Below, piece after piece: positions 12,888 to 25,422 of a stretch of 64,000 nt of DNA. How positions within the stretch are numbered: position 1 is the stretch's first letter; every line of letters starts with the position of its first letter. The DNA is taken from contig JAAOMT010000762.1 in NCBI GenBank assembly GCA_016748015.1, positions 434,001 through 498,000 of the forward strand, read 5' to 3'. This stretch comes from Geosiphon pyriformis uo1. Lineage: Eukaryota; Fungi; Glomeromycota. The notes under the pieces were generated by a model, which had not been told where the DNA came from, ran no database searches, and saw only the letters and a program-made list of their open reading frames with translations. Position numbers and translations under genes: made by a program.

Positions 12888-13133
12888 TCAAAATCCAGTT
12901 CCATTCTTTATAAAGCTCCCAACTCCTCCAAGAATCTTTGCAGCATTTTCTAAAACTTGACCAGGATTCACAATCCACTTTATCAATGGACGTCCAAGTT
13001 CACAGGTCGATTGTAACGAAAACTCGATAATACGAATCAAGAGTTCAACGTTTTCGGGGGCCACCAGCCATGGTAGATATATCCAAATTAACGCTAGGAT
13101 AACAATTATGAGAGGGAACGAGAGTAACATCAT
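12888..13133 (-). CDS. Small 81-aa protein with an N-terminal hydrophobic helix and amphipathic C-terminus, unknown function
   Basis: ATG start, locally raised GC/CpG, MMLLSFPLIIVILALIWIYLPWLVAP. Confidence 0.5.
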   Translation of the reverse strand: MMLLSFPLIIVILALIWIYLPWLVAPENVELLIRIIEFSLQSTCELGRPLIKWIVNPGQVLENAAKILGGVGSFIKNGTGF

Positions 13134-13574
13134 TTAAATAAGGCAGAGAATTTAAAGGATAGCGATTGAAACTTTTTTTTTTTTAAAATGATCTGATTGA
13201 ATCAAAACAGTCTTATTATTAATTGCATATCAGTGACGTAATAAAGATCCATTTGAAACTATTTAGGAAAGAAACAAATTTAATTAATAAAATGGGCGCG
13301 AGTTTCATTTTTTATGAAAAGGGAATAAAACTAAGTCATTTTATTTTTTCCAAAAAAGAATAAAATTTAAATTAGTTTTTAACATTAATAAAAAAAAGTT
13401 TAAAATCTGAATTATTTATTAAAAAAATTAGCAATTGTTTTAATTTTTTGATTGTTAATTTTGATTAAATACTTTTAGCAAATTATCAATAATTTAAAAT
13501 TTGACGAAAAATTTTATTTTTAAAAATTAAAAATAAAAAACTTTAATAATTGAATTATGATGATAATGATAATA

Positions 13575-13606
<32 letters not shown>

Positions 13607-14939
13607 AATAAAATTTAGTTTAATAAAAAATTATTTATATATAATTTATCTAAAAAGTTAGATTTAAAACAATATGTATATTATAATTTTTTAATTCATT
13701 AAATGATAATATATGGAAATAAATAAAATAAAAAATAGAAAAATAGAAACCCATCCCGATTAAATATCATAAGATAATTAATCAATATATTTGATTTTTT
13801 AAAAGTATCAATTTGAATTTTTTTTAAAAAAATGGGGGGGGGGGGAGAGGGGTTTTAAAAATAGAACGATAAAGCTATAAATGTTAAATTCATTCGCCGA
13901 TTGCTTTAAAAAATGGTCAATAAAGTCAATCAATTGAGATTAATAATGATCAAGTCAGCAAACTATGCTTAAAAACAAAAAAAAATAAACCAATTATGTG
14001 AGATTAAAATATTTGAAAGATAAACCAAATGGAAAAAATTGAGAAGGTTAAAACCCACCGATCATTCATTCGATTCATCTTTTAAGAATTTTCTGATCTC
14101 ATTTATTGAAAATCTTTTCTATTTAAATTAATTATATAGAGGATTTCAAATAGATCTTTTTTTTTTCTTTCTTTCTTTCTTTCTTTCTTTCTAAGAAGAA
14201 ATGACAAGAATCCTTGAATTTTTTATCACAGGTTCTTTTGAAAAGTATCAATTTTCAATTTGGGGGGAGGGGGGGTTTTCTGGAAACCAAAAAAAAAAAT
14301 TAATAATATTAAAGAATTTTTGGTGGATTGAAACAAACCAATACGATTTTTTGGTTTGAAATCCGAAAAAAATAATTTACCCCTTAATCCTGGGAAAAAA
14401 TATAAAGTTTATATTAATTTTTGATTTGATACGATCTTTGCAATATGCACAATATATTGGTAATATCATTCCTCGAATCCACAAACTTTATATTTCAAAT
14501 CTAAAAAGACCCATTAATATCTTTTCCCAGACCAAACCTTCCAGTCCAACTATTTCAATGTACAGCCAATGAAAAAAAAAAGGATGGTAATCTAATTTTT
14601 AAAGCAGCATCATTTAATAGAATATTAATGATAACAAAAAAATATAAGTTCCATTGGTGGCTTTTTTCCCCGTAACCCTCCTGCCTCATCTCAAAAATCT
14701 TTAAAACAACTAAGAATTTTTTTTTACAATATAATATATATCTTTAAATCTAGAGTTTAAAATGAACTAACTACAGATATGTACTTTAAAATAATAAATA
14801 ATAATAATGATAATAATTATAATGATAATGGTAGCATAATGAAATATTAAGGAAATTAATCTCATTTATTTTATTTTATTTTACTTTATTTCACAATAAA
14901 TATAAACAATTTTAAAAAAATTTATTCAATCAATAAATA

Positions 14940-16404
14940 TCACACAAATCGATCATCAAACCGAGTAGAAGTAAGCGTGATAGAATCATGAGTTCGTCTC
15001 TTTCGTCCAAAAACACGATAACTTTTCCAACACGAGTTTGGTTCATTAGTTTCTTGTTCAAATTCTTGTAATAATTTGTTGTATTCATTATTTGTCAGAT
15101 TGAGGAATAATGACAAATCTTTTTCCACGCTTCGGTACCCTTGAAGTTCTTCGTTCAAGGCCTATTAGAAAAGAAAGTGTTTAGACATTTAGAAACATTT
15201 AATTAAAAAAATAAAATCAACAACGAAACGCATTCTATTTTACCAACCAATTTTCCGCCTTCATCGGCCCAATTGCCAACAGGTATTATACGATAATCAT
15301 GATAAACATGTTGCATTGAATTTGTAGATTCTAACATGGATTGTAGACGTGGACAAATATTACCATTGATTCCTCTTGCTTTCAATAATGATAATACTGT
15401 ATAAAAAAAAAGAAGAGTTGTTGGTTTTTAGCATTTGAAAAGGTGAGATAATCATTATCATCATTATCATCAAAAGAGAGAAATAAAATTTATCGAAAAA
15501 CTTACAAGCCTTTGATAAAATTCTACCAGTTGCCCCATGAATATGACTAATATCACTAACTTCCATTTCTATCCAACCACCTTGTTTTGTAACACGAATT
15601 AATTCTTTTATAATTTTTTTCTCCCATTCTCGTTGTGTGAATTCTGTAGCATTACATCGCATAAAGACGAAATCAAAATAATTTGATTGCCTACATGAAT
15701 TGTCAACGTATGATAGGGAAAAAAAGTATACAGTCAAATACGATTCGTTTGGGATGAAATTTCAAAGAAATTCTTTGGAATCATTATCATTACCATGGAA
15801 GACCATCTAACATATTACCCTGGATAAATTCACAATTTTTTGTTTGAAAACGGTCAGGAAAGGTTGGAGAAATGTCAACGCCAAAAAATGTAGACCTTGG
15901 ATATTCTCTAGCCATTTCTGGAAAAAGAAATAATTATCTCTTCAATAAAGTTTCTATTTTTTCATAAAAAAGTAAAAAAAAATAAAAATAGAAAAGACTT
16001 ACCAAATGCCCATGTGCCCGTCCCACATCTGAAAGTAGAATATAAGATAGGAAAATTACCGTTAAATGTATTCGAAAAAGAATTTTTTTTTTTTTTTTTT
16101 TGATTCCAATATAATGTAAAAACTAATCAACTAACCCAACTTGTAAAACTTTTACTCCTCCAATCTTCAATTGTTCTTCAATTGGGGAGGAAAAATTAGC
16201 TTGCCAATTATATCTCATTAGGTAATGAATAGTTTCTTGGGAATCATTATAAGTCTCTAAATGTTTTGGTAGTTGATATTTAATCGGTATAAAATTTGGT
16301 ATTCTTCTTGCGTTGAGGTAAGCGGAAAACTCATGATTTTTTAAAAAGTCGTCATTTTTTTTGTAGACTTCGGAAGTTTGTATGATTTTTTTAGTCAACG
16401 ACAT
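14940..16404 (-). CDS. Class I SAM-dependent methyltransferase (Methyltransf_25/LaeA-like fungal family), about 6 exons
   Basis: Spliced product reads HYLMRYNWQANFSSPIEEQL..VLQVGCGTGTWAFEMAREYPRSTFFGVDIS..GNMLDGLPW..YFDFVFMR..ELIRVTKQGGWIE. GT-AG introns. Confidence 0.9.
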
Positions 16405-17737
16405 TCTCACTTTTGAATTTAATTTAACTAATTATTTTTATAAACTTTTTAAAAAAAACACATCAATTAATGATTGATTGATTGATTGATTGATTGATCT
16501 ATTAATTGTATTGTTTGATTGATTAATTAATTAGTTAGTTAGTTAGTTAATTGTGAATATTCTTATTTAAAAATCTTATAACTGAAGGGAAACAAAAAAC
16601 TAGAGTTTTTTTAAGAAAACTTTCAAAAAACCGAATCCTTTTTAAAATAAAAAGGAAGTTCTATGCTTGGTTAGATCATGAACCTTATTTATTTTTGTGT
16701 AAAGGAGTTTTTTTAATTACTTTTTAATTCACTACATCGTAGATCGGTAGATTAATAATAGAAATGGTTTTCTTTGGCTCTTCACCAAATTTCAGCAAAA
16801 AAAACAATGAGTACCTTAGATCTACAGCAGGAAAAAATCTTTATATAAAAAGAAAATATATGAAAGATTTCAAGTTTCAAAATTGAGAACCTTTTAATAA
16901 TATTTTTATATGACATGAAAAAATCCAAATCTTTTTGAAAAAAATAAATAAATTATTATGTTTAGAATTCATTTTTTTTTTTTGCGAAAATCCAACAATC
17001 CAAAAAATAATTTTTAAACAAAGTCTCTAATACAGATCGGAAATCATCTTCTCACATTCGCATGAGATGCAAAAGAATTTTTAGTTCTAAATAGAATGCA
17101 TAATTGTTATTCATGTAGTAATTATTTCTTTTAAAAATTCTTTTAGGAAAAAAAAAAAATCAAATCAAAATTTTCTGAACTCAAAAAAAATAAATAAATA
17201 AATGAATAAAATTAAAAATTCTATAAACTTTTTTGCACCAATCATTTATTTAAATTTTTACCATTTCTGCATTTTCGGTTTAAATGCTATGAAATAATGA
17301 TGAAGGAATTTTTATCAAAAAAATTATCTAATACGTTACAACAGGCATACATAATAAAGTTTAAGATCTGAAAATATACAATCCGATTTATACCTTTTAC
17401 GGAAAGTAACACCAAAAAATGGTAACTAATCGTGTTATTATAAAAAAGAATTCTCTGCCTTTAAGGGGGATTTACATCATGATGATAATGAATGATATTA
17501 GAAAAATCATGTTTTAAACTAATAAGGTTAGGCTGTAATAACTTGTTCTCAGGTCGTTCAACTCAGGAGGTAAAAATGTTCCCCGAGTCTTTATAATACA
17601 CCATTAAAAAAATTTCATGAAAATTTGTTAAAAGATTAAAGTTTTCGAAAATCAAAATTATTTTTTTCACGAAACTTTTTATCAATTAATCAAATATGAA
17701 GTGAATTTTAAAAAAATTGGATTGTATTTGAGCTTTC

Positions 17738-17738
<1 letters not shown>

Positions 17739-17793
<55 letters not shown>
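17739..17793. repeat. (AAT)n microsatellite
   Basis: Direct reading. Similar tracts at ~18467-18516, ~27992-28033 and ~46820-46848. Confidence 0.95.
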
Positions 17794-17795
<2 letters not shown>

Positions 17796-18463
17796 TCAAA
17801 TTTATCTTTCCCGCTCAAATTTTCTTCTTGGTTTCTATTAACCTTTTACCTTTTTACCTTGTACATAAATCTAAGGATACATCATCTGCATTGTGTATCT
17901 TTCATCGTATTTGGTTAAACACGAAAATTATTTATTATCTATTTGTTCTATTGAAGAATCATAATTTTAACTTTAAAAAACTTTTAAAATCAAATAATTT
18001 TATGTACAACCTTGAGATCTTCTTGTCTCACTTATAAAATATTATTATTAATTTTCATTATTATTATTGATCCAATGAATACATGATTAAATAATCGTAA
18101 AAAGATTTTAATACTGAATACATGCTTTTGCAGGATTGCATGAATGTTGTTGGAAGCAAAAAGATTGATGAAATACATTATTTGTTACATATTAAGTTTT
18201 TTTTGTTTTTTCTTTTTAGGAAAGCAACATAGGACTTTGAGTTATACAAAAAAAATCTTTGGAATATATGATAAAAACAATCTAAAAAAAAAATTTTTTT
18301 TTATTAAATTCAAAAACTTCTCGAAATGTAACTTTCCTATTCATATAATATTTTAAAAAAATTGATTTTAAAATTATGTGTATATTATAATTAAAAATTT
18401 TTCGTCAATTTTGGTCAATTAATCTAATTATTGAAATTTTTTTTTAACTTTAGCCAAGTACTG

Positions 18464-18518
<55 letters not shown>

Positions 18519-18737
18519 AATGATTATGATTATTCAAAAATTCAAAAAATAATGGGTATTTGCATTTTTATTTATTTTCAAATGTTATTTTAATAATATT
18601 TTTTCTTAATCGTCATTTTACATGTACACATTAATTTAATATTCATATTTCTTTAACTTATTGATAAAATTTTCCCAGTTTTTATTTTTCTTGATTGCAA
18701 ATTATTAAATAGCTTATATTGATTGACGGCAAATATT

Positions 18738-19510
18738 TAGTTAGCTGCCAAGAACAAAATTTCTTTTGCTTCTTCATTGAGGAATTTGCTAGCTTCAAGT
18801 TCTTCTAATTTTGATTTGCAAAATTCTTAGTTCACCCAATTTTTGGGCAGCCACTTTCTCACACATGTCAAGAAATGGGCTACTAAATCGTTTTCTAATT
18901 ATCATAGGTCCAAAGTCTGCTGAGTGAGACATGCTGTCTTGAGTACCCAAGCCATAATATGGTAGTTTGACCAATATTGTACACATTTGCTTCAAATCTC
19001 GCTGTCCAGACACTCTCAAGATGTTCCTGTACTTCATTCCAGGCATTTTGGAGGCATTTGATCAATATATCTAGCTGATACCATAGTTGATGGGCTCTTG
19101 ACAAGAATAAAAATGCCTCGGACGCAGCAGTAATGATACTCGTTTTGACGAATCGAGTCAAATCGAATCATTAATGAAAAAGAGACGTGCGTGATTGGGC
19201 TAATAAGGCAAATCTTTTGTGCAATATAGCGATCGCTTCATAATCCGATTGTGCAAAATTCTTAATCTTTATATTGTCAAAAATACCCCGCTGAACAAAT
19301 CATACGAGAATCTTTAATTTGATTTAAGCGCTTCGATAACCTTTTCAATGCTGCCTCGGAGTGCAGAAAATAGATTGAGGTCATAGTGTCATCCATTTAA
19401 AAACGGATGTAAAATACCTGTAAAAGAAGTGCTCAATAAGAAAGATTCTGGTAACTTCATGGTCGGAGAAATTGATGTCTTTAAAGGATCTGGTGCAGCT
19501 TTCATCATCC
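18738..19510 (-). pseudogene. Probable disrupted gene of unknown family
   Basis: Gene-like GC island with protein-like fragments in different frames (HYDLNLFSALRGSIEKVIEALKS; EFCKSKLEELEASKFLNEEAKEILFLAAN*), broken by stops. Confidence 0.4.
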
Positions 19511-20436
19511 TTTAATCCTTAAAAAGGTATAAAAGAATTATCAGCAAAAATGAAAATAAGGGTGAAAACTGTATAGGAAAGTAAAAGGTTTTGGAATATA
19601 AAAAAATTGATCATATAAATTTTGTCGGAGTTTACCTTTTAATTGTTATCATTTTTACATATGAAAATATCTTTAGGTGAAAGTTTAACTAGATCGAGCA
19701 TCAGATTGAGATATGAAACTTAAAAAATCCTTAAACAAACATAAATTATTCCAAGAAAAAGAGAAATTATATTACATTTAATTTTTATAATTTTCTAATT
19801 TAGAAGCTTTTTTTTATCTCGGTCGTAATTCTTCTAAAAAGCTTTGAATTGGAGACTCTGGCCAAAAACATTATATTCTCAATTAGGATGTCTTTTATTT
19901 TTTCTGCTGACAAAAAAAATATATTATTTCTGCTTAGTTGGGTCATAAGTTGAGGTTGAAAAGCGTGTTTAATCGAGAGAGGTTTTAATATGCGTTTTAA
20001 AATAAAAATATAGAAAAGTAACCAACCAAAATTTTAAAAACTTTACCTTCAAATCGATAGATCTGATTATCACTTTTCAAAAAAAAAAAAAAAAAATATT
20101 TATCTCTTAAAAAATTGATATTTCTTGATTTTTCATCTTTACTAAGATAAGAGAGATAATGTGAAAATTGAATGTGATTAAAGAAAGTTTATGTGATAAA
20201 TTATTCACCCCTAAAGTTTCATTTCGTATATGATTAATATATAATGATAAATGTATAAAACTTTTTCTTCTTTTATTTAACTGAATTTATTGATGAAAAC
20301 GGAATATAGAAATGGTTAAAGGCTTTAAGTTTATATACATCAAATTTTAATTTTAATTTTATTAATTTTATAAATTTGATCCACGGATATACCATTTTAA
20401 TTGAAATTTAATTTTTTATATTTAACTAGTCATATA

Positions 20437-20468
<32 letters not shown>

Positions 20469-21127
20469 GAATAAATAATAATAAATAATAAATAATAAAT
20501 AATTAAAATGTAAATTTTATTTGGAAAATGATTAATGAAATTTTTTATTTAATTAAAATTTTTTAACCAAAGAAAATTTCTATTTCAATTTTTTAAAATT
20601 AAAATAAACTTGTTTTAAATTTTTTTTATAAATTTTATAAAATTTTTATTTTTTTCAATTCAATTTTCATGTTTATTAAATATCTTGTTAAAAAATATTT
20701 TCTAATCATAAAAAGTTTGTACAAAATTATTTTCATACAAATTTTACATAGTATAAGAAAAAATTTCCTTAATTTAATAATAATAATAAATTTTGATTGA
20801 TTGAAATATTATTCTAATATTCCAGTTAGTTTAATCATATGTGTATGTATTTTGAATTTTGAATTTTTTTTCCAAATTGAAATATATTGACTACAAGTAA
20901 TACTTTTAAAAATCCAAAATAATTAATTCATTTTTTACAACATATTTACAATGAAATTTGAACAAATGCTTAAAATATTTTTATAAATACGAAACGTAAA
21001 AAAAAAAAATTAGGGGAATTTGAACAATAATTTCAGTGAAAAGACTTATTCCTTAGTTGGAATTGGAAAAATTTAAATTTAAAAAGGAACTTTTCAAAGT
21101 ATTAGCTAGATTTTCTTGTTCAATTTT

Positions 21128-22149
21128 TTACTGGGTAACACCCAATGTAACGGCAACAACTAGAATTTCGAGATAAAAATTCAAGAACCAATTATTTGAA
21201 TTAATATTTGATTTTAAACACCCTTAAAAATAATAATAATAATAATAATAATAATAATTTGATAAAACTCACCTGAACCAACAAAAACAATCCCAATAAC
21301 AAGAAAAAACCAAAATTTTTGTGTAGGTCTACTCCCATTGAAGAAGGGTAACTGCATCACAGCATGGAAACTTTTATTTCTTTGATAATCATCATGTGGA
21401 TGTGGTGGTGAATACTTTGGAACTGATATTGCCGAATTCTGTATAATTTCTTCAACCATCTCTACATTTCCACCTTGAATAGGATTAATCATATATCTAA
21501 CTGATTCTGGTTGTTGAAATTCTGGGTCAATGTTAATTATCGATGATAAGTTCTCTTGCCTTCTCACAATGTTATTATTGATTTGAGATTGGCCGGGATT
21601 TTGACGTATATGAGCTGATTGTGGTGGTAATGTTTGGTTTGAACTTGGAATCGAAATTATTTGTGGAGTAAAAAAAATCTCACCGGTAGGATTTTGAATA
21701 ATAGTCGGACGAGGTAGATTTGGATAATTATGATACGCTTGGTGTCCAGAAGCTTCATTCACAAAAATATAGGAGGATGGATCTTGTGATGAACCATTAT
21801 TAAGAATCCGGGATACTGACTGAGAAGTTTGATGTAATGGGAGTGGTTGAGTATTTGTAAAATATATTGTTTGATTTGCGGAAAGTTCTTTCGCATTTAT
21901 CGTTTCTTTTACCGGAGTATGATTAGTATCAGACCTATTTATGGGTAATACTCTTTCTTGGTTTGTGTTCTCTACTATCACCGAATCAAGTATTGAGGAG
22001 TGTAATAAATTTTCAGCTGCCCTGTTAATTTGTTGTGCTAATAAGGTCTTTTCTTCTATTTCTTGAATTTTCTTTAATTCTAAAGAAGGTCTTTCTTCTT
22101 TTTGTTGTTGTAAATTTGAACCCGATATTGTTTCATGACGTTCATTCAT
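21128..22149 (-). CDS. Disordered Q/N/P-rich tail-anchored membrane protein, 2 exons
   Basis: Exon 1 22149-21273, GT-AG intron 21272-21160, exon 2 21159-21128, giving KFWFFLVIGIVFVGSVVAVTLGVTQ*. Confidence 0.8.
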
Positions 22150-23812
22150 ATTTTTTTTTTTTTGTTGTTGTTATGTTGGTTAAAACTATATTTTAATTTC
22201 AAAAAAGAAAAAGAAAAACGAGTTTCCCATACTCTATATAAAGAAAAGGTTTCTGTAAAAATACTACCTTGAAGATGTGTGTCACCCACATAAATAATTA
22301 ACAAATGATCTGCTTTAAAGATACTACGAATACAAGTACAAAAATATCATGACCAATTTTAAAATCTTACTTAATGGGGCGAATAAATTTACCAGCCCGA
22401 TCCCTGATTTGTGAAAAATCACAGTTTTTTTTAACAATAACATTAAATAAATATGTAATATTTATTAGTTGACCCAAAACAGGAATACTCTTTAAATCCA
22501 TTCAATTTTAAAACAAAAAAACCTTAACTCTTTTGTTTTAGAAAAAAAAATAATTTACTGATTTTTCAAAAAGGTTTTTTTTTTTTTTTTTGATAAACGA
22601 ATAAGGTATCAACAATTCAATTCATGATATGATAAGCTTGGAACTTTCCCAATTTTGGAAAATTATTCGAAATTCCCAAGTGTTCTACATGTTCTACTCG
22701 TAACTGCCGTAAAAGAAGCTTATTGTCATACTTTAAAAGGTTCAATGAAACCTGTTCACTTCATGTTGCACGGGATATTAAAAATTTTTTTATCTATAAT
22801 TCTTGTTTATCATAATATTAATTTTCAATTGAGTAAAATTAATTGTAACAATTATTTATTATCACAAGTGTTTTATTATTATTTTGTTTTGAACAAATCT
22901 ATCATTATCTCCGTACCATTACAAACAAAGAGTAGCTCGTGACATATCGAAATCAAAAAATTATGAGCCATTTTTTTTTTTTTTTTAATACTAAGGCTAA
23001 TTAAATAAGTTATAAAAAAAGAAAGAATGGAAATTTTTGTCAATTAGTATAACAAAAATTAGTTAAACTGTCATGAAATTAAAAAAAAATTCAGTTGCAT
23101 TCATTATTGACCTTTAAATATTTCCCCCAAGTAAGAACCTGACAAAAACTTTTTTTTTGACCATATGCATTGTTATATATATCAATAATTTTTTGACTAT
23201 TGATAACATCAATTTCCTTATGTACCTGAAACTTTCATTATCTGAGTTACACCGAGAAATTTTTCTTTGAATCGGAGAAGTATCAAAATTAACGTGATTA
23301 AAATGTTTATCCATCGCTTGATAAAGGTTCCTATCTTATATATTACAAAAGGAAAAACTAAAACGTAATGATTTGAAAATTGTTATCAAAACAATTCAAA
23401 TTTAATAAAAATAATCATGAAAAAGTAACAAAAATAGGATTTTATGAACTTTTAAAAATCCTGACATTCAAGGAGAAGAGAAAGATATTACCAAGATTTT
23501 TTAATATTTGAAAACTGGTTAATTTTTTTTTTGCTAGCTGGCTGGCTTTTTTTATCATTATCGGTTTTTTTTTTTGTTTCTTTTTTGGCTATTTATTCAA
23601 AAAACTTTTGAACTCAATTTGAAATTTCTGTAATTTTTAGAATCATGAAAACAGATTAGATTGAAATTCTTGAAGAAATTGAAAATTATTCCTGAAAATT
23701 TCAATCAAAAAATCAAAATTCAACTCTTGAAAAAAAATTTCTTCACAATTGAGTTATCTTTTAATTTTCCTGGACATTAGATAATCTTTTAGGGAAAATA
23801 CCCTTTTCTATC

Positions 23813-24657
23813 ATGACTTCCAATCGTCAAAAATCTCATCGAAAATCACGAAGCAGGGCAACGTTGATGAGTTTCTTACAATGGGACACTTTACATTTTG
23901 ATTCTGAAGAAAATGAAGATAAAAATATTGAAACATATTCTAAAATTGATATAGATCCACCTATTATACCTCCTTTGCCAACCCTTGATTTTTCTATATA
24001 TTTGAATCGTACCGAAGATGAAGTTCAAGAAAGGCGACCTGATTCAATAATACAAGACTCAAAAGATTCTGATAATGAACATGATTTTTCAAACGAAACG
24101 ACAAGAGAAAATTTTGATAATGGAACTTTTGTTACGATAGAAAATCCTGAACAATATTGTGAGAATATGAATGAAAATGATGAGAAACATAAAAGCATTG
24201 CAAGACTAAATGGAAATGAGAAATATTATGAAATTAATTCTTTAAAAGATCTTGAGAATGAACAACAAACCATAATATCAATACAACGTCCGCAAACTGT
24301 ATATTGTAGAGAATCTTTGGAAACTTTGGTTTCAGCGTCTACAAATTCAAATGTACGTTTAAAGAAATTTTTTCAATTTCTTTGATTTGAAATTTTTAAT
24401 AAATTTTGATCCTTGATAATTTTGAATTTTAGGAAACAGATTGTTCAGCTACCCAAACACTTACGATGACCAGAAGAAGACCTAAAAAGAAAATAAATTT
24501 TGGCGTAATTTTTTCACTTTTTGTGGCTATGTTAATAGGTAAATTATTTACATAAATTTTTACAACCCTTTTTTTCAAAAAAATGTCATGATTCTCACGT
24601 ATTCCAGCTTTGGTTTTTGTTATACGTTTTTGTGATCTGGATAAAATTTTCGGCTAG
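23813..24657 (+). CDS. Disordered acidic tail-anchored membrane protein, 3 exons
   Basis: Introns at ~24354-24432 and ~24539-24607. C-terminus RRRPKKKINFGVIFSLFVAMLIALVFVIRFCDLDKIFG*. Confidence 0.8.
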
Positions 24658-25422
24658 CAATTCCATTGATTCTTTTGAGTATATGATCGGTTAATTACTC
24701 TCACAAAAAATCAAGAGTTTTCCTGCAGCAATAAATGTGAAAACTTAGTTCAGTCCTTGACGAGATCTCAAAATTGGTCATTTATCGAAAAATTTTATTT
24801 AGAAAATCCCGAGGATTTGATAGATGTACAATAAATCTTATTAATGGTATTTATAATGATGAATATTTTTTAAAATTACTAATGTAGTGCACTAGTATTT
24901 TATAAAGTTTTGAAGGACTTGAAAAGATTTTTTGATTTTAAAAATTTAAAAATTTATAAAATTTCATTTCAAGGATGTAATTTTTAAATTTGATTGGAGA
25001 AATTGTTTCGGAAATATTGTAATTCTTTAATTTAAAATGATTTTCTATAATCACTTTTTACAAGTAGTTTGAAAACAGTAAAGTTTACACATTATCTTAA
25101 AAATAATTACTATTTTGAATGCTTCAAAAAATTCTCACTTAAATATGAAGTTTTAAATTACAAAAAAATAAATTGAGATACCTCTTTCATTGTTAAGTCT
25201 TTAAAAAATAATATCTTTTTGCAAAAAGCAATTTTTTGTGTATTTTTAAAAGAAATTAAAATTTTTATAGAATTCGTTTTCCTTTGCAATTGTATTTAAA
25301 ACGTTTGAACCCTCACTTACAAAAAATTTTGTTTATTTCAACTAAAGCTTTTCAATTCAAGCTATTTTCATAATTTTTTAGACGATAATTTTTCCACATT
25401 TTCATGTTTACACGTGTAGAAA

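Noticed and set aside
13790-14280. Two similar aaaagtatcaattt...poly-G segments
   Set aside because: Short, low-complexity local duplication; no supportable RNA gene or element.
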